From contig NW_005434591.1 of the NCBI RefSeq assembly GCF_000315625.1, forward strand, positions 315,086-379,085: 64,000 nt of DNA. The letters run 5' to 3'. The notes beneath the pieces were generated by a model, which made no database searches, was not told the origin of the DNA, and was given only the letters and a program-made list of their open reading frames with translations. This DNA is from Guillardia theta CCMP2712 (taxonomy: Eukaryota > Protista > Cryptophyta). Below are positions 55,106 to 63,220 of this stretch, piece after piece; within the stretch, counting starts at the first letter, position 1; each line of letters starts with the position of its first letter. A program made the position numbers and the translations under genes.

Positions 55106-55580
55106 GTGGCTAAGTGACACAAAGGTTTTTCGGGTTTTTGCCGTTTTCTCACGGGCAAACCTTTAGAGGGCATTAAAAGGTGGGGTGGGGGTGTATGTGT
55201 ACGGGTATATTTGTATTACAAATGTACCGGTTCCAAGCTCATTCGGGGGGGTAGGGGTACTCGTCTGCCGAAAAAATGGCGCGCGGGCATCCTCCAGGAG
55301 GTGGGTGCATAGCGTACTTGCCCGCCTTTGCCAGGATCCATTTGTCTTCACATGCACAGGACGTGATCATATTAGTGTAAATATGATTCAAAAAATCCAT
55401 TTTCTTATCCTTTCCATCAGTTTTTGTCCAATGAACACGGTTTGTGAAATCGCCAACTCGTCTTCGATGCAACTGAAATGAACATTCTTGCACAGACAAG
55501 CAGGTAACAACAGTCGAATATCGTTTAATGATATCAAAACTTATTTGATCATGCTTAAGATCTGTTAATTTGTTCTTCAA

Positions 55581-55764
55581 TTACGCAAAATTTTCCTTAC
55601 AGCAATGTCGTGAAAAACAGTTCCTTTGCGTTCCAGGACCACACAATCCAAAAGGGCGCTTCAATGGATCGTTTTTGCTGCACTGGTAACAGCAAAAGGA
55701 AGTCTTGCAACCATGTTTGTCCCTGCCACAGCATACCTTACACCTTACACGAGTTACTTTCGCT
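55581..55764 (-). pseudogene. Detached piggyBac C-terminal cysteine-rich domain
   Basis: Manual translation, absent from the ORF track: AKVTRVRCKVCCGRDKHGCKTSFCCYQCSKNDPLKRPFGLCGPGTQRNCFSRHCCKENFA-TAA, matching the RCxxC..KT..CxxC..LC..CF..H pattern. Confidence 0.85.
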
Positions 55765-58551
55765 CATAGCGTTGTCGCTCTCAACTGACCCCTCTGGTTT
55801 CCAATAGTTTTCTGTGGGGGTATCCTTCCACATATGTGAATAGCAAATGGCAGTTGGGGTCTGGGGTGGGTCAGACGGCTGGGAGCTGATTCAAATTGGT
55901 TGGGACCAGTTTAAGGGGGTAGGGTACTTCCTGGTAGCAAATAATTGTACCAACAGTACCATTTTTATGGTACACATAGAGTACTGTTAGGAAAACTTGT
56001 ACCAAAATAGTTTATGCGGTACCTCCCCTGTTCAAACTATGATGCTTTGGACCCACCTGTTTCCCAGTGAAAGTCCCTTCTCCGATGGGGTCAAGTTTTG
56101 GACCCTACCCTGCCTCCGACCAACATAGACCACCCTTGTAGATCAGAGGGAGCTCTCAAGCCTTGCCCCTTCCCTTCCCTGGTTGCATATCCAAGGTTAG
56201 CAAGTGAATGTTACGCAGACGTGACTCGTCTGCAGCAGGAGAGCTCAGACGAGGACAAGCAGAGGCAATCCTTGCAGAATCTGGTGTGAGCGCAGCAGTC
56301 TGAATACATCTCTGTGATTGCAAACACATGTAAAGAGGGTTGATCATCATAGATTTTAGCAGCTTGAATAAGGAGTACTCTGCACGGACCGTCCGCTAGT
56401 GGCGCTGTACGATGGATGACATTGACTCTCATGAGCAATAAGTAGGAAGTCATGAAGCATGTCACGGAGACAGCATGATCTATACTTATTTCATAGGAAT
56501 CTGCTGCAAAGAGTCGGGCTTGAGGGCGTTCTGAGCAATATGCAAGAGTATTGCCAAGGCATGTAAAGAGTTTCAAGGAATACCAGTGCATTCATCAAAT
56601 AGCAGTGATGAGGTACCACATGAAGGCATGACTTGCAAATTGATTGCATGTCGTGTTCCATTTGATGACTTACAATCAAGACGCTTTTGAGCGACAAAAC
56701 GATACCCCTTATAGCATTGTAAATCATATTTCATTTCCTTCACCTCGAGTCGAAGCAAGAAATTTTCAAGGTGCTGATATCTTTGTTTTGACTAGACTGA
56801 CATGGTATCAGGAGCAGTTAATTTATGATAGATCCGATTGAATCATGCAGACGAAAATGGACATACCCTTTTGAATAAATCTTTCTCCTCGAGTCTCATA
56901 CCTGAGCTTTCTTGCCTCTTCTTTGTAACCTAACATGTACAAAGCATTGGCATTTTCTTACACAAAGTAAACTGAGCCTGACCAGCTTCTCTTATTCGCT
57001 GCATTCTCGCCCTTCCATCATCCTGATCTTTTCCTCGCTTGACACCCTTGGGCCAATGCGAGTTGCATGCTGCGATATCATCAATTGCTTGGAACCAAGC
57101 GATAAGTGGAACAAAGCGCTCAGGTGCTATGCAGGCTGCAATGCATCGCCGGCATTCCAACCATATGGATAAGTTTGCCAACTTTGCGCTGCTCATATTA
57201 CTTGCAGCGAAAGTCAACCATTCCAGATGATAAGGACAATGTATGAGACTTGCGCAGAAGAATGTGCAAACACTTCCACACGACGGTGAGTGTGCACGAT
57301 TCCACATACACAAGAATGCTGCGCAGAAGTATCTACCAATTTCTTGTCTAACCACTCTTTTGATGAATTAGCATCGACTTCTCTAACATGTACATCAGGT
57401 CATGCAGGCTCATGGAGAAATGATGATGTTGTTAGCAACAACTTGGCTTTGTTTTATTGAAGTACGTTAAAAACATCACCTAGGCCGCTACATATTCCCA
57501 TGTCCGCTTTGCAACAGTTCTGAACCACGTATCACCATAAAGTTGTACATCAATCGACTAGTCCGATAACATCTTCATGTAGAGCCTCAGTTTCAAGCAC
57601 AACGCGGTTTGGAGCGATACTGTGACTTGTTTGCCTGGTATGATTACATGTGACATGCTCCCTTAGACAATTGAAGAGTATTGTAGAAAATTCAGTCAAG
57701 CGGTGCACAGTTCAGCCTTTCTTTCTTACTATTCATCAAACATAGTGTATCAGACAGATGTCATTGTGTGGATCGACGCAAAATAAAGATGAACTCGAAG
57801 TTCTGTCTGAAAAATGACCCTTTGCAAGTACTGATGGATCGAGAGCAAGTTCTTGATGCTGTATCATTGAGAAGTAAAATAACAGTCATTTGCCAGTGCT
57901 ACACGACTCGTATCCATCAGCTTGAAATATGCACACCTGAGTTTCATTCCATGAATCATCTTTCCTCCCGCATTCAAACTGAGAAACTCAGTGCTTGTCA
58001 ACTCATGGGCATGGTTTCAGAGTTTGAATTTCCAGCAAGTTGAGGAAGGACAAGGCAGACAGAAGCGTCAAAGAAAGTTGAGGGTCATCAGGGAAGGTCT
58101 GACGAGAGTCTGAGCCTCATGAACAGGGAAGGATAGGGATGCGCAAGTGTGGAGGGCAGGGAGATGGGGAGGGAGACACCCTCTGCTAAATGTATTTTAA
58201 AAGGTACCCATTACAGTACCAGACCAAGACCTGTACCCCCCACCCCCCTGTCGCGTCCGTTGGGTTCGAATATTTGAAATACTACCACGCCTACCCATCA
58301 GTTTCTGGTACAAATCATTACTCCACTATACAAGCGCTATGTGACCCTATCCAAAGACAAATAGGAACGATTGTTTACTTATCTAAGCTCTCAATTACCC
58401 CCGATTGCCGTTGAACTTGCAGCGCTGGAAATGGATTTTCAAACCTTCCAATCCTTGGATTTTTTACTCACACACAATTTTGTACTGGGAAACGCCTGGA
58501 TCTGGTACAAATCCCAATTGTCAGCAAGTTCCTTGACCCGACAACGCTATG
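55765..58551. mobile_element. Unclassified 2787-bp insertion with 13-bp terminal inverted repeats
   Basis: CATAGCGTTGTCG at 55765-55777 and its reverse complement at 58539-58551, at the points where the transposase is split. No TSD seen. The interior is AT-richer with decayed minus-strand coding remnants. Confidence 0.7.
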
Positions 58552-58584
58552 GACGTCCTTGGAACGGCCCGTGTCGTCTTGTGC

Positions 58585-59730
58585 TCAGCCAAAAAATTGT
58601 TCACGGAAACAAGAAAATGTAGCATGCCTCTTTCTTTTCCGCGAAGGTCTCCCGCCTTCAAAGCTATTTGTCATCATCTGAACGGAAAGATCAGCAATGA
58701 ACGAAGAGTGATCAATATCTTCATCTGTTTCCTTGTACAAGCAGTAAACCTTGTAAGCGTCCACCTCAATCATGCCCATGATAGATGTCATCATTCTGAA
58801 AATCCAATTCTGTGTACGAACGCAGTCTTCGAGACCTAAACTGGATTGTCTCAGTTGATTGTGACGATCGATAACTCCTGCTGATGTGAAATATGACTTC
58901 ACCATAGCTGTTCTGGGAACCGTGAAGGTCCAAGGAACCCGCTCCTGAGTCTCTGGTACCGTCCTCATTCGACGCTTCACATGTGGATCTGTAGAGGTCG
59001 TGGTATTCCACGTGGAAATCAAGATCTTCTTCGGCAATCCACGGCGTCCAGGTTCATTCCAGGCATGAGCATACACGTATAAATCCTGTCCATTAACTTC
59101 GCGTACCAGCCTTGCAGTCTTCGTGGCTCCTCTGGGGGGGTGTGGCTCCCATGCTGCACCATTCAGGTAAGCTTTCGGGAACCCAGAATACGCTGTTTTG
59201 ACTAAACCCGTAAAAAAAGTGTTCCGTTCCAGAAGCGCGACGGCTGTTGAAAGTGAAGCAAACGCTGAGTCTCCGTATAGAATATGACCCTTCCCGAGGT
59301 AATTTTGCATGATGCGAAGAACCAGAGCTGTGTGCTTTGGATATTGAGAGTTGTATTGCCTGGTACCCATCTCCTCTTTGCCTTCTTGCAACTCCAGATG
59401 GAGCATGATCCCAAAAGTGCATTCAGCCAGATTCTTGTACTCGCTTCCCTTCCACCCTGTCACACGTCAAGATTCAAGCAATGAAACAACCAAATCTAAT
59501 CAGTACCTGCCGGCATGGATTCCATTTTCCCATTGATTCATCAATTGTCAATTCGCTTCCAGCTCGAACAGTTCGAAGCCTATTGCGATTGAACGCTTCG
59601 ATAAGAGGACGAATCTTGTCAAACCGTTGCCTAGACCCGTCGGCTTGAGGTGGCCACAGTTTCAAGTGTTTTTTCCACAGTTCAAACCGCCTACGCGATA
59701 CTCCAAAGCGGTTGCCGATGTCAAGTGGGG
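58585..59730 (-). pseudogene. piggyBac (DDE_Tnp_1_7-type) transposase core
   Basis: FGVSRRRFELW, FDKIRPLIEAFN, catalytic TIDESM, YGDSAFAS and VIDRHNQLRQ, plus W..R......IEVDAY. Short intron at about 59457-59506; the reading frame is broken there. Confidence 0.9.
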
Positions 59731-59731
59731 G

Positions 59732-59846
59732 AGGGTTTAGGGTTTAGGGTTTAGGGTTTAGGGTTTAGGGTTTAGGGTTTAGGGTTTAGGGTTTAGGGTT
59801 TAGGGTTTAGGGTTTAGGGTTTAGGGTTTAGGGTTTAGGGTTTAGG
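59732..59846 (+). repeat. Interstitial telomeric tract AGGG(TTTAGGG)15TTTAGG
   Basis: Direct reading. Confidence 0.98.
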
Positions 59847-60606
59847 AGGCGCCGTTATTTTCGGCAGGCGCCGTTATTTTCGGCAGGCGCCGTTATTTTC
59901 GGCAGGCGCCGTTATTTTCGGCAGGCGCCGTTATTTTCGGCAGGCGCCGTTATTTTCGGCAGGCGCCGTTATTTTCGGCAGGCGCCGTTATTTTCGGCAG
60001 GCGCCGTTATTTTCGGCAGGCGCCGTTATTTTCGGCAGGCGCCGTTATTTTCGGCAGGCGCCGTTATTTTCGGCAGGCGCCGTTATTTTCGGCAGGCGCC
60101 GTTATTTTCGGCAGGCGCCGTTATTTTCGGCAGGCGCCGTTATTTTCGGCAGGCGCCGTTATTTTCGGCAGGCGCCGTTATTTTCGGCAGGCGCCGTTAT
60201 TTTCGGCAGGCGCCGTTATTTTCGGCAGGCGCCGTTATTTTCGGCAGGCGCCGTTATTTTCGGCAGGCGCCGTTATTTTCGGCAGGCGCCGTTATTTTCG
60301 GCAGGCGCCGTTATTTTCGGCAGGCGCCGTTATTTTCGGCAGGCGCCGTTATTTTCGGCAGGCGCCGTTATTTTCGGCAGGCGCCGTTATTTTCGGCAGG
60401 CGCCGTTATTTTCGGCAGGCGCCGTTATTTTCGGCAGGCGCCGTTATTTTCGGCAGGCGCCGTTATTTTCGGCAGGCGCCGTTATTTTCGGCAGGCGCCG
60501 TTATTTTCGGCAGGCGCCGTTATTTTCGGCAGGCGCCGTTATTTTCGGCAGGCGCCGTTATTTTCGGCAGGCGCCGTTATTTTCGGCAGGCGCCGTTATT
60601 TTCGGC
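59847..60606 (+). repeat. Perfect tandem array: 40 x 19 bp AGGCGCCGTTATTTTCGGC
   Basis: 760 bp = 40 x 19, no variant unit seen, internal GCCG/CGGC stem. Confidence 0.97.
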
Positions 60607-60698
60607 AGCATGGCTCCTCGTCAGGTGTAGGGGAAGCCGCCAGGGCGCCAAGGAAGCTGCAAGCGAGAGGTTTGTATACTTCAAATAGCTTTCTAAGT

Positions 60699-62846
60699 AT
60701 GGTTCTTCAGTATGATGAAAATGTTCGCAACCTGCTGTATCGGAGATCATGCCAATACACGCAGAGCGGACTTGTGGATGCCTCTGTCCTCGAAGCTGAT
60801 CTCGTCGAGAGGGTGAAGAGCTTCGCGAAGCGTTATCCGAACAGCAGGACAGCCCAGGCTTGCAAGGCTGTGGAGGGATGCACCCCCGACGCTATCGCAG
60901 AAGCCATCCGCTCGACATGTCAGCAGGCACGACGTGAGTTTCTGCAAGAAGCGATGACTGGATGGAGTGACGCATCCAGAGAGTGGTTTATGCAGCAGAT
61001 TGAAGAAGCCAAGAAGGAGAAGGTTGAGACATACACCGCCTCAGCAGGCAACGAGGTGACTTCCTTCATCTCCATGACTCTCCTGGGCATCTCCTCGGTG
61101 TATGTCAACCATGAAGAAAAGCTGAAGAAGAAATTTGAAGAGATCGGACTGATCGTAGACTCAGTGCAAGAGAGTAAAGCAATCATGTGGAAGGCTCCGT
61201 ATAGACCCGAGATAGCGAGTGCTGAGGAGATCCCGGTGACTGTTTCCTTCCTCCGCAATGCACAAGCGGAGAAGCTCTGGCAGGGAAGAGAGGACTTCGC
61301 GATCGATGGTCGCAAGTTCACAGCTGTACATGTGAGCATCGTGCACGATCGATCTTTCAAGATTCGAGCCAAGAGAGGACCCTGGGGCAAAGGGGGCAGC
61401 TTGGCAGAGCTGACTCACCTGCTAACCTTGGGCGGCATGACAACGGCTGAGATAGCTGCCGTCTATCGCTATCAGCTGCTGCGCCAGTCCCTTGCAGCGG
61501 TCCAACTCCAGCCGCTGGCAGGCATGCTGGTCGCTGGGGCGCCAGGACAGCAAGTCCACAAAGGCTTAGGTCAGAAAGGCTTCATCGCTGTAGGGGCCAA
61601 CGTCATCTGGAGACAGAGGGAGGTGGAGTGGATCGTCTCCTCGAGCTGCCCAGAGGCGAATGATACAGCATTTCGAGCTTTCCGAGAGAGCGAAGCGATG
61701 GAGGGAGTACACCTGACTCTGTTCAGCGAGGACCCGAAGATCAGAGAGGCGCTCGCAGTCGAGTTGACAGCTGATCGCTTTGTGTCCAGAAATAAGTTGA
61801 AGAAGGCATCAAGGATGCAGAAGAAGGCAGGCGGCAAGGACGGCAAGGAGATCAAGATCATCATCAAGTCGACGGCAGCATCTGGTCGCTTCACGAGGAA
61901 GGAGATGGAGGGGCTGTGCAACGGCGGCAACACGTCTATCGCAAGAGTCAAGAGAGTCTTGTTGGAGATCGCTAACAGGCTCGAGATCAACGTTGAAGGC
62001 ATCGACATGGAGGAGGATTTGAACACCAAGTCCTGGAACGGGTCCAAGCTATGCATCCTCCTCGGCTCCACGGAGGATGCTCGACGCATGATGAAGGAGC
62101 TGCCCTTCTATCTCGAAGGCGCAGCAACCAAGCTCGAAGCAGTCGGCTTCGACAAGGAGCCTGACTCTGAGGCGGCTGGTCAGCGGGGCACCAGCGACGC
62201 AGCGCAGCGACAGGAGGAGAGCGAGGGAGAGTGGCTGGAGTTTACAGACCTGGAGAGGATCACAATGGAGGCAGCATCTCCGTCAAGCCAAGAGGACATG
62301 CAGCTCGTCAGCGAGCTGTCAGCAGTCATCGAAGATGCAGCTTCTTTGAACGAGGCGGGGACGAGCGAGCCGATCAAGCTGGTCCTGGACAAGGCCGTTG
62401 GCAACCTCCACGACACCTTCTACTCTCCGGGGAGCCTGGAGTTCATGTCGCTGGGAGAGTGGGCGAAGATGCCAGAGGAGCAGGGAGTTGGGCGCAACGT
62501 TCTCAAGGAGAAGCTGGGGAAGTGGCTGCAGAGCAAGCGCTGGACTCGCGTGCAAGGAGAGAGCAAGAAGGCAAGGAGGGGCAGCGCGTTCTCGCCACGG
62601 GCAACGGCAGCTGCTGAGCTTGAGCAGGAGGCGGAGAGCGACGACATAGAGCGTCGATCTCTTAGCTTCCTGTTCATAGCACTGAGTAAATTCGCAGAGA
62701 TGCATGTGCTGGCCTGCTCGCTGAAGGTGGACAAGAAGGACCGACTGCGGGTGGAGATGAGGGAAGATGACGAAGAAGAGGAAGACATGGAGGAAGAGCA
62801 AGGCGAGGGCGAGGAAGAAGACGGGGCGAGCCCGTACCGAGCTTGA
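60699..62846 (+). CDS. 715-aa ORF1/Gag-like protein with RRM-like segments and an acidic C-terminal tail
   Basis: Intact, intronless ORF. RRM-like pattern ISMTLLGI..EEKLKKKFEEIG..VTVSF..AQAEKLW..FAIDGRKFTAV and a second-like KLCILLGSTEDARRMMKELPF. No YxDD RT motif or endonuclease motif recognised. The fold call is inference. Confidence 0.8.
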   Translation: MVLQYDENVRNLLYRRSCQYTQSGLVDASVLEADLVERVKSFAKRYPNSRTAQACKAVEGCTPDAIAEAIRSTCQQARREFLQEAMTGWSDASREWFMQQIEEAKKEKVETYTASAGNEVTSFISMTLLGISSVYVNHEEKLKKKFEEIGLIVDSVQESKAIMWKAPYRPEIASAEEIPVTVSFLRNAQAEKLWQGREDFAIDGRKFTAVHVSIVHDRSFKIRAKRGPWGKGGSLAELTHLLTLGGMTTAEIAAVYRYQLLRQSLAAVQLQPLAGMLVAGAPGQQVHKGLGQKGFIAVGANVIWRQREVEWIVSSSCPEANDTAFRAFRESEAMEGVHLTLFSEDPKIREALAVELTADRFVSRNKLKKASRMQKKAGGKDGKEIKIIIKSTAASGRFTRKEMEGLCNGGNTSIARVKRVLLEIANRLEINVEGIDMEEDLNTKSWNGSKLCILLGSTEDARRMMKELPFYLEGAATKLEAVGFDKEPDSEAAGQRGTSDAAQRQEESEGEWLEFTDLERITMEAASPSSQEDMQLVSELSAVIEDAASLNEAGTSEPIKLVLDKAVGNLHDTFYSPGSLEFMSLGEWAKMPEEQGVGRNVLKEKLGKWLQSKRWTRVQGESKKARRGSAFSPRATAAAELEQEAESDDIERRSLSFLFIALSKFAEMHVLACSLKVDKKDRLRVEMREDDEEEEDMEEEQGEGEEEDGASPYRA

Positions 62847-62876
62847 GCTGAGCTCAAGGTAAGTAGAGAAGGTGGA

Positions 62877-63081
62877 GGCGACCGAAGGCCAAGGTGAGGA
62901 GAGGCAACTCTCCTGACTGAGGCTGAGGAAGCTGAATGGAGGAGGAGTAGGTGGCGACCGAAGGCCAAGGTGAGGAGAGGCAACTCTTCTGACTGAGGCT
63001 GAGGAAGCTGAATGGAGGTAGAGTAGGTGGTGACCGGCCAAGGTGAGGAGAGGCAACTCTTTTGACTGAGGCTGAGGAAGC
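62877..63081 (+). repeat. 76-bp tandem repeat (about 2.7 copies) in the 3' UTR with a GCAA-tetraloop hairpin
   Basis: Units start at 62877, 62953 and 63029. Stem is AGGAGAG-GCAA-CTCTYYT. Confidence 0.9.
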
Positions 63082-63157
63082 CAAGAGAAGACAGCAAAAG
63101 TAGAAAGTAGAAAATTGCAAACGCCCACAACGAGGCCGAGCAACATTCTAGCATTCT

Positions 63158-63188
63158 AATAAACTCACATAATAATAATAATAATAAT
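63158..63188 (+). terminator. AATAAA signal and (AAT)n tail of element copy 2
   Basis: AATAAACTCAC-AT(AAT)6 joined to AGGG(TTTAGGG)4. Confidence 0.75.
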
Positions 63189-63220
63189 AGGGTTTAGGGT
63201 TTAGGGTTTAGGGTTTAGGG
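63189..63220 (+). repeat. Interstitial telomeric tract AGGG(TTTAGGG)4
   Basis: Direct reading. Confidence 0.98.

Larger units (their letters stand above)
55106..59735 (-). mobile_element. Degenerate piggyBac-like transposon, 5'-truncated by telomere addition and containing a nested insert; left boundary approximate
   Basis: Transposase core on the minus strand at 58585-59730 and a Cys-rich C-terminal domain at 55581-55764. Confidence 0.8.
59847..63188 (+). mobile_element. Telomere-associated element copy 2, complete: ORF1-only non-LTR-retroelement-like unit
   Basis: Bounded by telomeric tracts on both sides. 5' 19-bp array, single ORF, 3' UTR repeats, AATAAA (63158) and AT(AAT)6 tail. Confidence 0.85.

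Noticed and set aside
55100-55180. Canonical TTAA target site and CCY terminus for the piggyBac end
   Set aside because: The junction reads TTCGTTCCTAGTGGCTAAG with no TTAA, and the other end is lost, so the TIR and TSD cannot be assigned.
59847-60606. CRISPR array
   Set aside because: Repeats are contiguous with no spacers, there are no cas genes, and the context is eukaryotic.
60607-60670. HDV-like ribozyme at the element 5' end (TCCTCGT matches the R2 ribozyme L3 loop)
   Set aside because: The flanking GGC and CAG cannot form P3, and the motif is absent from copies 1 and 3.
60670-60710. 41-nt intron (GTTTGT...CTAAG...CAG) at the ORF1 start
   Set aside because: The ATG inside it is in exact register with the copy 3 ATG, and splicing would join a frame with an upstream TAG. 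Needs RNA-seq to exclude.
62877-63081. Hammerhead ribozyme in the 3' repeats (CTGAGGA present)
   Set aside because: No correctly placed GAAA or stem II was found.
62319-63154. Antisense ORFs of 275 and 244 aa over the element 3' end
   Set aside because: No ATG start, low-complexity mirror of the acidic tail and the 76-bp repeats.
59732-63220. Athena/Coprina-type Penelope element or HeT-A-type end addition
   Set aside because: Polarity is opposite (sense strand and tail point to the distal G-rich repeats) and no PLE RT is visible. Not fully excluded until a partner RT is found.
53903-63220. True chromosome terminus
   Set aside because: All three tracts are short (about 4-16 units) and followed by more sequence, so they are interstitial.
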